Source: Leptogorgia sarmentosa (Eukaryota). From it: a stretch of DNA of 64,000 nt. The stretch covers positions 1,674,001 through 1,738,000 of the forward strand of contig OZ210885.1 of the NCBI GenBank assembly GCA_964658305.1, read 5' to 3'. A program made the translations under genes and the position numbers. The notes beneath the pieces were generated by a model. The model was not told the DNA's origin, ran no database searches, and saw only the letters and a program-made list of their open reading frames with translations. Below are positions 12,169-23,704 of the stretch, piece by piece (position 1 is the stretch's first letter; every line of letters begins with the position of its first letter).

Positions 12169-13339
12169 AGACGTCTTCCTTTTTTACAAAAATAAAAATG
12201 AATGAGTACATAATCTCCATTTAATTGTAAACTATAGAAACAGGGTTTTTGGGTCTGGCCCCTGGGGTTGCATGGTTGTATTACAGGCGTTTAGCTTATA
12301 ACAGCTTGTGTGCAAAGATTTTCAAACATTTCGATTCCCTTGTAAATAATTGAACTTGAATTTTATCAACTAATTGGGTATAAGTTCTATTTTATAGTTG
12401 TTAAATTTAAACATTAAAGATCAGTTTGTTGTACTAGTTCATTCTTTTCTTTGATTTTTTTTCTTTTCACCCTGCTCAACGCCTTTAATTTCATACAACG
12501 CAAAATATGTGATATACTTTTTTAACGTGGAGCTGATGTGCGGTCTAGCTCAATTAAGCACTCCCATTGTGCTTTTCACCCAGTTCCAGACAGGATGAAT
12601 AGAATTTAAGAAATGAAATTTTTCAAAACACCATGCAACTAGTGTATTTGAAGCTACTGTAAAGTTCCAAGCATGGAAATTTCATATATGAATATATATG
12701 TTACTTACCGGAGTATAAATTCAATTTTAGTGATCACTTGACTATATAGCTATAATTATGTCTATTCTGACATTTTGCAGAAAAATATTATAAATAAAAT
12801 GATTGAAACAGGAACTAGCTAAAACTAAGTCTAATTTAAACCCGTTAAATCTTCGGATTTTGAAGCAATTTCTTTTGGCCGTGGTGATCGCGTTGCCGTC
12901 CTACATGGCCGAAGCATGTAAGTACGCACGCAGCTGAACCGTATTATAAAATATCAACGGTTTTATTCGGCTGCGTGCCTATATTGAGGGCTGTTCACAT
13001 TGAGAAATTCCAGCCCTGGCTGGGATTTCATCCCATGTTGACGTATGGAAAAAAGTAGAATAAAACATTTGCTTTTGTTATTCAAATTATTCTCCTCTTT
13101 TCAATCCGTCAACAGCAACCTACCTCGTTCCCAGGGATCAAGTTTCCAGGCTGAAAACTCTCCATGTAATCAGCCCCTTACTGCCGATGTTACACTTACA
13201 CAAAACGATTTTCAACGACAATTCGCACCGTAACAGGCTGCTCAACCAATCATATCTCGTGCAACTTCATTTGCATTGCGAATTGTCGTTGAAAATCATC
13301 CCATGTAATATCAGCTTTACTGTGCTTCGGTATTGACAA

Positions 13340-13722
13340 TAATGACCGTGTTTTTCCTTGCACTCCCACGCTATTAAGTTAAATCACGAGTTCAGATCAT
13401 TTTCAACTACGCTCATTGGATCATCCACATCACGCGACATTTGACACAATCGCTGCACCCATAACATCAATTATCTGCCAGTGCATGCTTTGTGTTGAAT
13501 ATTCGAAGAATCAATTGTGCTGACTTGGAGCCATTATTTTATTCACATCAAGTTGGCTCTTTTTTCTGGAACGTGATCCAGTGTTGCTTGTCAAGACTAG
13601 CAAGATTAAATTGGTGTACCAACTACCAATAACATTTTAACACGGAGTTGACATTCTTTGCCTTCAATAATGGCCGCTTAATGCCGTCTTACTTTGCGTA
13701 TGTGAACCAACCGACCTACCAG
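13340..13722 (+). promoter_or_regulatory. Putative promoter and 5'UTR exon of HEPN-NACHT-WD40 copy 1
   Basis: Alignable with 23345-23704. Both end in a strong donor CAG|GTAAGG (13723, 23705). The matching acceptor ttag|G at 16469 lies 17 nt before the ATG. Confidence 0.55.
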
Positions 13723-14919
13723 GTAAGGCCTGTAAGGGTAATGATGTTTTAACTTCATAATTCCACGCATATATACATTAAGATACATTGGTGTAACGAT
13801 TTACCTTTCTACAAGGTGTCCCAAAGAATAGCACCCTGTTCGAAGCAAGCAGCAAAAAGTTATCTGACAAATATTCTTTATCTGAATTTAATCTGTAATT
13901 TCACGTGTTGTGAATCTCTGTAATTTCACGTGTTTTTGTTGCCGTTTGGTTTAGAAGCTGATTTCAATTTCCGCAGGTGTAATAATAACCCGAGATTAGC
14001 TAACAGCAAAAGAATGAATTTGATTTCTGTAGTACAGGGTACTTTTTTGGTACCCAGCTACAGGGTATTAGCACATCGATTCTTTTGTAATATGACGCTT
14101 ATGAATTGCCCTTTTGTTTATGGATATTTTGACGCTCAAATTCGTGAATTTAAAGCATGCAGAAATTGGTCTTTTCAGTTCAAATTCAACAGAATTTGGC
14201 CTTCAGTATAGTAGCTAATCGATGGTTGTGCGTTGCGCATTATATGTGCTTAGTTTATAAGTTCACAGTGTCCGTCTAGGTTTTGAGACTAGGTTTTAAA
14301 CATTAGGAGCAACAGGGGGCGAAGTTGGGGGATCAAAGTAGGACAGTCTCAGATTGCGTCTCGTTTTGAATCATTTTGTATTCTCTCAAGATGTTTTGTC
14401 TTCCCGGAATTTGCTTTTTACTTTAAATTAGGCCTAATCTTTCTAAAATAGTTTTTTATCAACCTTTCAATACAAACTAATATACATGCAGTAACTAAGC
14501 CTACTTAGTTTGCATAACATTCCTTTACATATTGCTATGTCAGTTTACAAATCAGTTATCGTGCTACTTGAATCGAAATTTTCGGTATCCATTTTTTCCC
14601 TAAACAAGTTCAATCTTTCCTGATCAATTTTTTATGAATATTGAAGAACGGCAACACTTACAATTTTTGCTTCAAATTTGGGTTGTGTGTATGCCGACGT
14701 GACGAAATTGAAAGGACGGAAATCGATGAATAGCTATGAATGAGCATAGCTTTACTTATGTTTTGTTAGTGTCTAAGTGATTTACTTATGTATGTTGATG
14801 AATAAACCCGGCCTGCGTTTATTGAGCAGTGAAAGCGAACGGCGTTTCGATAACGCCAGACTTATGATTTTGAATGTGAAAATCTGCATACGCGGTTTGG
14901 GCTATGAGCAGGCACACTT

Positions 14920-15050
14920 CGAAACCCGGACTCTGGCTCAATGAAAGCCTGGACTACATGTAAAACCCGGACTCACCCTTGACCGACCCGGACTCGACTT
15001 GCGAAAACCGGACTCAAAATTTAAAAAACCTGGATGGAACCTGGATTCAG
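14920..15050. repeat. Dispersed short direct repeats (aa)cccggactc-like, about 7 copies
   Basis: Repeated cccggactc/cctggact motifs with variable spacers, typical of transposon subterminal repeats. Confidence 0.5.
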
Positions 15051-15064
15051 AATTGCAAATAATA

Positions 15065-15510
15065 TACAATTATTGGACGAGGCTGAGCAAAATATCGTGA
15101 TTTATCAGTGGCGAGCAGATCAATTATAATGATAAATCACGATATTTTGCTCAGCCTGTATAATATTTTGCGACAGCCGAGTTCAATAATTGTTTTATTA
15201 TTCAGTTTATTATTTACGATCTTTTGTCTCTCGCTTCGGCGTAAAATTTACCGATTACGGAAGAAAGTTTACTTGGACCCCCAAATCGCAATAAGTCGTC
15301 GAGCTCCAAATTTCGTTCCTTTGAATTATAAATATTCTTGAAAAAAAATTTTAAGCAGATTTGGTTGCTTTCTTGCTGTTTTTTTCGGCGTCCATTTCGT
15401 GTGGAAGAGAGGAGAACTCATTCGTAAAATATTCTGCAAAACGAGCGATGTTTGCCTAATTGACGCAAACAAATAAAGTCAACTGCGCATGAGCAAACCA
15501 TTATATGCAA
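15065..15510 (-). mobile_element. Probable non-autonomous Crypton-like element (terminal hairpin plus decayed N-terminal coding stub)
   Basis: Hairpin ggctgagcaaaatatcgtgatttatc...gataaatcacgatattttgctcagcc. The minus strand near 15345-15450 reads roughly IARFAEYFTNEFSSLPHEMDAEKNSKKATKSA*. Confidence 0.45.
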
Positions 15511-16486
15511 ACTTATACTACTATACTGGAAGTTACTATCGCCAGGAAAATGCTGCCGTTACGAATATCGCTGGCTAAATGAAATATCTCAGTTTGATAG
15601 TTAACAAGGAGATGTATAATAACTCAAACAATGCAACAGAAAGCTAATTTCATAAGAGGCTCAAATTTTCATTAAACTATAAAGCCGAAAACAAAAATTA
15701 TAAATGCAGAACGGCTAGTCTAACTATGAGTTGACTCACCGTTTATTCTATTCTTGTCAATTTAACGATATACGAACATGTAATTTCACAGGTATAATCC
15801 ATTGGCGTAGCACGCGGTTCGTAATCGTACAGAAGGACTAGTCTAACTGAGTTAATTCACTGTTAACGTTTATTCCATTTTTATTAACTTGTATACATCT
15901 ACTTTCACAGGACCAGGTATATATTTCATTGGCATAACACGCAGCTAGTTTCCCTTGAGTAAAGGAAAATATAAACGCCTTAAACGTGAGCACAAAGCAA
16001 AGATTTCAGTCTGGTAAGTCGTGCTTTCCATAATTCCAATAATTCAAATTCATTACTACGTTTCTGAACTGGCTGGCGTTTTGATTTTTCAATGGCGAAG
16101 TTGAGCAAATACGTATAGTATTAAGAAAATAATTCTGATGATGACCTAGCCTGAGTTTTACGGGCCGAAAGCTCAGATTTTTAATATCAAATAAATATAG
16201 TGTATCCATAAAAACTATCGACAAGAAAAATAATTATCTTACAAAATATGAATTTGTGAGAAAGTCTTCATAAACTCGCCTAACAAAAGTGCATGACGTC
16301 GCAAATTAAGTATATTTACGTTGAGACCAAATCGCTAATTTTGCTTTCACCTAATAATAACCAACTCGCTATAATAGAGTATATTTACGTTGAGACAAAA
16401 TTGCTAAGATACTGTGGCCACATATAATATGATATTACATCATTCGAATAAATATTTTTTGCTGTTTAGGACTGATCAAGTCAACG

Positions 16487-19400
16487 ATGGATCCAGTAAA
16501 AGCTAAAGCTAACTACCTCAGATTATGTCAGCTATTGGTAGACAAAGGAGGCGATGCATTGAGAGCTGCTCTCCATGTTAAACATCCGCCTGCAACTTTA
16601 TCCACCGTATTGAATGCAAATAAACCAGCCTTGAAGAAGATAAGATACAGTGTAATTAACGCCTCGCAGTGGAACTTACTCTTTCCTGCTTCGGGGACAC
16701 CAGATTCAAAAAACTTTGATGTAACATTATTGACAATTCTTCTTCGAAATATTTGTGGATTGTCTCCACCAGCGACTGGATGGGATGTTATGCCTCCAAC
16801 TAGCGATACTTCGATATCCGCGAATATTACCAGAATCAAAATCTTTAGAAACGACGTGTACGGTCATGCAGCAAGTGCGCAGTTAGACGACACTACATTT
16901 GAAACATTGTGGCAAGAAATTTCAAATCCTTTGGTGAAGCTAGGAATTCCTCAACAAGATATCGACGAACTGAAAGAAGCTCCTCTCAGCCCTGAAGAAG
17001 AAAGTTATGTTGAAAAATTGAAGGAATGGAAAGAACGGGACGATGAACTCTTGTCAAAATTTTACGATCTTGAAAGAGGTATCCTCAATGTTGAAAATGA
17101 AGTGCTCGAGTTACGAAGAATAGTTGAAAATCCCGTGCCCTCACCGGTCGACCAACTAGCCAAGTTTGAATCCACTGGAAAAATAAACAGCCTTTGTGGA
17201 AAATTTCAAGATGACACTAGACAGTGGTTTTTTAACGAGCTGTCAAAGTGGTTCAATGATGCAGAATCCAGAGTTATGATTCTCACTGCAGGACCTGGTG
17301 TTGGGAAAAGTGTTTTGTCTGCAAAGGTTTGCGATCGCTACAAGCAAAACGGTCAACTCGCTGCTTACCACTTCTGTGATTTTAGAAATTCGGACTCGAG
17401 AAATCCCAACAAAATTCTCCAGTCACTTGCCAGCCAAATGTGCGAGAATGTCGAAGGATTTGGTGATAAATTAACTGAAATTCTTCGTCGTGACCATTCT
17501 CGAGACTCGCTGTCAGATGCATTTCGTGTTCTTTTGAATGATCCGTTACATGCCGTGAACAGACGGGAACCAATGCTGATCGTTGTTGATGCTTTGGACG
17601 AGAGCAAAACTGATGACAAAAGTGAGTTTTTAGAGTTGATATCAGAACAGTTTCCTGAATTGCCAGCATGGATTAAGATATTCATAACTAGTAGACCTGA
17701 ATTACAAGTAAGAAATAAACTTCAACGTTTAAATCCCTTAGAAATCCTTCCTGACGACCAGAAACATAATCTCGACTTAGAACATTTCATTTTTCATTGT
17801 TTGCCAAGCCTTAATGTACGTGATGTCCGCTCACTTGTTTCAAAATGCGAGGGTTCGTTTTTGTACGCTTATTACTTAGTCACTGAGTTAAAAGAAATGA
17901 ACTTGGGAATTGAGCCCAACCTTAGTGATTACGTTTCAAAAGGTATTTCCGGTTTTTACGAAAAACAGTTCAAACGTTTAAGAACAGGCCTCCAACGTCT
18001 CAAACCAGACACGTGGTCAACAATCTTGAAGTGTTTTCTTAATGTCGTTGCTGCTTCTAGGGAGCCCCTTCCTATTAAGATTCTTTTTGCATGCATGGGT
18101 TTATCTGCTGAGGAGTTTGAAGTACGTGAGACGATCGTTGGTATAATGTCAGAAATTCTTCCAATTTACGGAAGTTGCTTAACTGTTTACCACAAGTCTT
18201 TGTGGGATTGGCTGACATTGGACGGCTATGATGAGCATGCGTTTGTGGGAGATGCCGCTGACGGCACAAAACGGCTTTCGCAGGTTTGTAGCAGCATATA
18301 CAGCGAAATTGCTTCGTTACAATCAGTTTCAGATTTTAAAATTTCACCTGAAAGAGAATACGCTCTGCAGAATGGTGGGAAATATTTGCTGGATGGTGGT
18401 GTCCCAGAGAGTTATCACTGGCTGGTGGATGTCAGGTTGAATTTTTTAAAACTCAAATTGTATGGCACTCGCACTGTTGATATTACTCGAATTCTTGATC
18501 TTTATAAGACCAAACGTCCTGACTACCATTACTGGAGCAACATTCACCTCCGTTCTTTTGTATATGCTATGCGAAAAGATAGTTTAATACATGGTTCACC
18601 GATTTTCATGAAATACCGAAGAGCGTACTACCTTTATTTGCAAACTCTTGCAAACGGTATTTTTCACAATGCGGAAGAGACTATTTACTGTGAGAACAGA
18701 GCAAGAGAGATTTTAGATGAATCTAACGAATTGTGGATAGAGAAAATAGAAAACGAACACAGTTACAATTCTAATTTTAAAATGATTTCCCATGTCGTCG
18801 TGTACACAGATGAAGAAAGTTTTTTTTCACAACATACCATGGCATTATCTCCAAACAATAAGCTGCTTGCGTACAAAGATAAAAAAACAGTGGAAGTGTT
18901 TGAATTGCCAAGTCTTCATATGGTTTTTAGTCTGAATGTCAATAATTTTACCGGTGAATCTCGTTATTTGTTATTTTCCCCTGATTCTTCCTATCTTTTA
19001 TGGAATTCAGTCAGGTCTTGGATTTCTATCAAAGACCAAAAAGAAGTGCCATTGATTCCTTCTGGTCCTGAGAGGGTCGATTGCTGTTCTTTATCTTCAT
19101 GTGGAACCAAACTTGTTTCATCAGAAAAAAATGTGGTCAAAGTGTGGGATGTTGTAAAGAAAAGAGTATTAGTGGAAGTTAAGTCTGTGATCCCTGAAGT
19201 ATATTGCATGTTTAGTGGATGTAACTCCTATATTCTTTGTAAGCCTTCAAATCACATGAAAAAATTTGATTTTAGTGATATTGTGATCTTCAACATTGCA
19301 ACTTCAGAAAGGATAGATGTCGAACAAATCGGTTGTGCTAACCCTTGCTTGATTCGTAATGGTAACTACCAAATTATCTCACCGTCTTACCAGGATATTC

Positions 19401-20677
19401 GCAGTTACTTGAATAAATTTAAAATTCGCCATTTTCATTTTCCGAGTGGTGGTATATTTGTAATTGCAAATAAGTATTGCTCACCTTTCACATGGAAAGA
19501 TAGAAAATGTTTGATATACATACACGGGATTTCACATTTCGCAGTAGTTTATGACTTTATAAACCAAGAATTAATTGAGTTTCATATTGATTGTTTACCA
19601 GAAAACATTTCTGTTTGTTTTATATCAAAGTTGGATGAGATGAATTCCTTCCTTTGCCTAAACAATGATGAAGTATTTGTTGTAGAGCTTGAATCTCCTC
19701 CAAATTATTCTGTCGCTTCTAATTACTCCTCAGTTAACAAATGTTATGCCTTGTCTCCAGACAACTTGTATCTTGCATCGTGTGATGAGAATCGAATTTT
19801 GACAATTAGAAATGTTGATAACGGGAACGTCTTGCAAGCTCTTCAATTGACGGGAACACCGGAAGCTTGCTGGTGGTCGGAGTTGTATCTTTGGGTGATC
19901 TGTAAATGTAAAGTTGCAAAATATCCTTTTGATTCAACACAAACAAAAATGGTGGGAAGTTGTGTTGAGGAACCTGCTGTAAGTTTTGAAAGTGTTGTTA
20001 AATTTGCAGAAGGCGTTCTTGTCATTCGACTAAGTGACAACGAAAAAATTTCAATCTTGAAAATTCGCAACCAGAAAATTTACCTTCAACAAATTCCTGA
20101 CTCTAATTTCAATGCCTCTTCCGTTGCAATAAGTTCAGATGGATGTGCGGTTCTCTTATATCGTATGTCCAGTTTAGATTATCAGCTGTGGGAGATAGAG
20201 TGTGAAGACAGATGGAAGATCAGTTCAACTGGAAAGTTGGGTTGGAAAGTAGCGTTTTGGTTCTGTCTGACCGGAAGCGATAACTCTCGAAGTTCAGTAT
20301 GGCTTACTTCTGCAGTAATTGAAGACTGGGATGACCTAAATGAACCCCTTTCTGTTTTCTCGATTAGTTTTCCAAGTTGCCAGGAGGGTTTCTTGCATCA
20401 ACTTTCTTCAAAACCAGCTGGTAGCACAGTTATTTATGCAGACTCCAACATTTTAATTCTACATAAATGTGGTTGGATATATTTTGTCAATCTCTCCAAT
20501 AGCAAAATGCTCAATTCTTTATATGTAGGCCTTTTTACTTGTTTTAAGGACGTGTCTTCCTTCTACATCCCTTCACGAGCCATACTTGTTTTAGCTGGCG
20601 ATAGACATTTATGTTTCTTTAAAATTCATAACGTTGAAGGAAATTTACCCAGTATAGGCGGAATTGATAACATTTAA
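16487..20677 (+). CDS. NLR-like STAND protein copy 1: DZIP3-type HEPN, coiled coil, NACHT, degenerate WD40 propeller (1396 aa, single coding exon)
   Basis: N-terminus NYLRLCQLLVD...FDVTLLTILLRNICGL..P.TGW...DTSISANITRIKIFRNDVYGH matches the DZIP3-like HEPN pattern with an R-x5-H motif. The NACHT has TRQWFF, Walker A GPGVGKS, AYHFC...ILQSLASQM, Walker B LIVVDALDE, IFITSRP and HKSLWDWL. C-terminal blades include ALSPNNKLLA..VEVFEL, FSPDSSYLL, VKVWDV, ALSPDNLYLAS..ILTIRNV and AISSDGCAVL..YQLWEI. Confidence 0.9.
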   Translation: MDPVKAKANYLRLCQLLVDKGGDALRAALHVKHPPATLSTVLNANKPALKKIRYSVINASQWNLLFPASGTPDSKNFDVTLLTILLRNICGLSPPATGWDVMPPTSDTSISANITRIKIFRNDVYGHAASAQLDDTTFETLWQEISNPLVKLGIPQQDIDELKEAPLSPEEESYVEKLKEWKERDDELLSKFYDLERGILNVENEVLELRRIVENPVPSPVDQLAKFESTGKINSLCGKFQDDTRQWFFNELSKWFNDAESRVMILTAGPGVGKSVLSAKVCDRYKQNGQLAAYHFCDFRNSDSRNPNKILQSLASQMCENVEGFGDKLTEILRRDHSRDSLSDAFRVLLNDPLHAVNRREPMLIVVDALDESKTDDKSEFLELISEQFPELPAWIKIFITSRPELQVRNKLQRLNPLEILPDDQKHNLDLEHFIFHCLPSLNVRDVRSLVSKCEGSFLYAYYLVTELKEMNLGIEPNLSDYVSKGISGFYEKQFKRLRTGLQRLKPDTWSTILKCFLNVVAASREPLPIKILFACMGLSAEEFEVRETIVGIMSEILPIYGSCLTVYHKSLWDWLTLDGYDEHAFVGDAADGTKRLSQVCSSIYSEIASLQSVSDFKISPEREYALQNGGKYLLDGGVPESYHWLVDVRLNFLKLKLYGTRTVDITRILDLYKTKRPDYHYWSNIHLRSFVYAMRKDSLIHGSPIFMKYRRAYYLYLQTLANGIFHNAEETIYCENRAREILDESNELWIEKIENEHSYNSNFKMISHVVVYTDEESFFSQHTMALSPNNKLLAYKDKKTVEVFELPSLHMVFSLNVNNFTGESRYLLFSPDSSYLLWNSVRSWISIKDQKEVPLIPSGPERVDCCSLSSCGTKLVSSEKNVVKVWDVVKKRVLVEVKSVIPEVYCMFSGCNSYILCKPSNHMKKFDFSDIVIFNIATSERIDVEQIGCANPCLIRNGNYQIISPSYQDIRSYLNKFKIRHFHFPSGGIFVIANKYCSPFTWKDRKCLIYIHGISHFAVVYDFINQELIEFHIDCLPENISVCFISKLDEMNSFLCLNNDEVFVVELESPPNYSVASNYSSVNKCYALSPDNLYLASCDENRILTIRNVDNGNVLQALQLTGTPEACWWSELYLWVICKCKVAKYPFDSTQTKMVGSCVEEPAVSFESVVKFAEGVLVIRLSDNEKISILKIRNQKIYLQQIPDSNFNASSVAISSDGCAVLLYRMSSLDYQLWEIECEDRWKISSTGKLGWKVAFWFCLTGSDNSRSSVWLTSAVIEDWDDLNEPLSVFSISFPSCQEGFLHQLSSKPAGSTVIYADSNILILHKCGWIYFVNLSNSKMLNSLYVGLFTCFKDVSSFYIPSRAILVLAGDRHLCFFKIHNVEGNLPSIGGIDNI

Positions 20678-22600
20678 AACGTTGGTTTGTTACACGGAGT
20701 TGTGTTTACGTTTGAGCAAGCATGCAGCAGTTAATTCACTTTGCGTTATTTCCATCGCCTGAGCTGAGTAAACAAAATAGAACATATAATAACTTTCATC
20801 TGCCAAGTATTTGTTTTATGGCGATTCACTAAATGATTCTTAGTTTTGGTAATAAGCGTACATCTAAATAAACCCTTGATAAAAATGCCACGTGGTCACG
20901 TGTAAAGTCGATGCAGTTCATTATTACAGAGAGAGGAGAAACTTTCCCGTTTCGCTTGAATAAAGTATTTCAATTTTCCACTGGCGACTTATTTTCAGCA
21001 AAAAAAATTTAGCGACAACGGTTGCTTTGTCCAGCGGTTATAAAATTAAGACCGTTTCTTCTCACCACCTTGCAGAGATCATCACCCCGAAATGTTCAAA
21101 CTAAACAATACACGCCTAAACCCTAACAAGAAATCATTGATAATTCCTTTGAATGGGAAACTCTTTCAGATGGATTTCGCTATTATGTAGATTACGGACC
21201 TGTACACATGAAGTAACTTATCATCGATTGAAATGCTTACCTTTGCACATTATGAATTTTTTATTTGAACCAGAATTTCGTTAGCTATATTAATTTCTAT
21301 ATAGCTACTGCACAAATTCGTCATGTAGGTCAGCAATGCTTAGGTAAGCAGTAGGCTCATGTGAACAGTATTAAACGATCAGACCATCCAAACACGGAAA
21401 CCATAAAGTATAATTGTTTTGTAAAATAACAACAACAGAGTCAGACATGTTTAAAATTCCCGCGAAGGCACTTTAAATTTCCGTGTTTGGATGGCCTAAT
21501 CCGAAAACGGGTTTCAACCAATCAGAGCACGCGTTATATACATGTTATTTTATAAATACATGTTTTGTGCATATGTAAATATTGTGTAAACTTCCCTTTA
21601 TAAGTAACCTAGTTAGCCTGTTGAATGGTTTGGCATTATAAAGATAACTGAGTTAACCTTTCTCAACTTTAGGTAATTTTTATTTTATCAAATTAAATTT
21701 ATCGTTCTTCAGTAAATCAGCGACTGTTGCTAATATACCGTGTACGTTTGAGCAGCAAACTTTGAAACATTTAACCAAGAAAACCCCGCGCATATTTCGC
21801 ATCTTTCTAAATACAGAAAAGCTCGGGCAATTGAAATTTCAATCACTACACAATAAACCTAAGGATCAAAAAATTGTTTAAAAAAATACCTATTAACTTG
21901 TTTCAGTAAAACAGAATATGCCCTTTCGGAAAGCATACAAAAGAGCGTGAGTTACGGCATAGTACCTTGTAAAATTTGATAAATTTTACATTCTCCGCCA
22001 TCTTTGTTTTTTACATCTTTGTTAATATTAAACAAAAACAAAATACGAAACAAAAAACAATTTTTACTGTTTCCGAAAGGGTGTATTTGTCGAAAGCAAT
22101 GATTTTGCTGCCCCAAAACGGCGGAATTTATGGTCGCATAGAGTGAGAAAATGAATGTCTTTGATATCCATTGCTCTCACGTATGTAGTACTACCATACT
22201 AGTAAGACCATGTACATGGCGAATTTAGATAATGGACAAAAAAAATGTCATAGTTGGTAATGTCTGTATGGCAGTTGATTGGTCGATTTTTTTGTGTTAT
22301 TTAGTTATTTTAGTTTGAACTAATCATTAGTTTAGAAATTTGACCAATAAATTTGCAAGAAAAATAATGAAATAAATAAATGAACTGAAAGGACAACAAA
22401 AACGTTCCATAATATCAGTAACTGCACTTTTGTTGTAATAGAATAGAATCACCAGTATTAACAATGTTCCATTAAATGTATTTGATTTGTTAATAAAATG
22501 TTTCATCAAAAACGTTGTTAAATTATTCATCGGGTTGTGAACATCGGCAATGTAAAGCATAGGGTAGCCCAAATAATAATTATACACTTATTTTTATGAA
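20678..22600 (+). repeat. 3' flank duplicated with 34554-36440 (tandem segmental duplication)
   Basis: Near-continuous high-identity alignment by eye. It ends at tacacttatttt...gaaca (about 22600) versus tacacttatttttgtgaca (about 36440). Confidence 0.9.
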
Positions 22601-23344
22601 CACATTCTTATAAGAAAAGGAATTAAAAGTTTCAACAAATTGTATATTAGTCGTATTCGCAACTTTCCACCATCACGAAATTCGGAATAACTAACACTGT
22701 ATCGTTTATAAGTAGTGATTAAAAACCTCGCTGCTGTTTGAGCATGACTTTCTCAAGTACAAGGAAGTCATTGATTTTTTTGTTGGTTGAATACTGTGAC
22801 CCCTCACGCGAACGTGGAGGGCCAAAAAACTAACTTCAAGTATTTAGAATATCATTAGCATTTTTCAGATACCTCAGTTTTCTTCAATGTTTTAGCCAAA
22901 TCAAGGAAGTTTTTGCGTTTTTTACTCCTTAGAGAAAAATCATAAGGACGATTTAACACCTCCCACGCTCTCAAAGCAAACGTAGAGAATGAAGAAAAAC
23001 CCAATTTTAGTTACACTTTCGCATTAAGAAAATGTAGAGTTATGAAAAGAGAGTCGCCAAAACATAGGTTCTGCAGAATAATATTTAATCCACATTTCCA
23101 CAAGGAGAGGAGTGGGGGAGCAGAGCCTTTTTATATTCGCTGATTTCAAGGTTAATATTGGTACTACCATGTCACACACCACATTCCTAGCTACTTGTTT
23201 GTTATTTAATAATGCATCGTTGAAAAACGTCCTTGTCTTAGACTTATTTTTTTTAATTCCTTCGTGGACATTGAATTCACCCAACTCCTGCACGACAACA
23301 TATCATGGACAGTTATTTTAGCGAAGGAGTTTTTTTCGGTCGCT

Positions 23345-23704
23345 ATATTGACATTGACAGTGCTTTTTCTCACTCCTACGCATTTAAATCACGCGTCATA
23401 TTCACTGCGCTCATTGGATCATCCAAATCACGAGACCATCTGATGCAAAAACTGCCACTGAGCTATCGCCGCACAAAAAATATCAATGATCTGCCTAGCT
23501 CTGTCTGTTTGACTTCAAAACTGACTTGGACCCATCATTATATTGACATCAAGTTGGCTCTTTTTTCTGGAACGTGATCCAGTGTTGTTTGGCTTGTCAC
23601 AAGACGCAAGATTCAATTGGTGTAGCAATAACACGGAGGTGACATTCTTTGGCTTCAATGAGACCAGCCATTTGATTTACGTTGTTGATTTACTTACCTA
23701 CCAG
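23345..23704 (+). promoter_or_regulatory. Putative promoter and 5'UTR exon of HEPN-NACHT-WD40 copy 2
   Basis: Homologous to 13340-13722; donor CCAG|GTAAGG at 23705; acceptor ttag|G at about 30324, before the ATG at 30345. Confidence 0.5.

Noticed and set aside
14920..15050. Short repeats with variable spacers as a mini-CRISPR
   Set aside because: The repeats are only about 10 nt, degenerate and irregularly spaced; they fit transposon subterminal motifs better.
16528..20070. Antisense and alternative-frame ORFs inside the NACHT genes (also 31223-33157)
   Set aside because: They are shadows of the long sense ORFs with no recognisable motifs; their repetition reflects the duplication.
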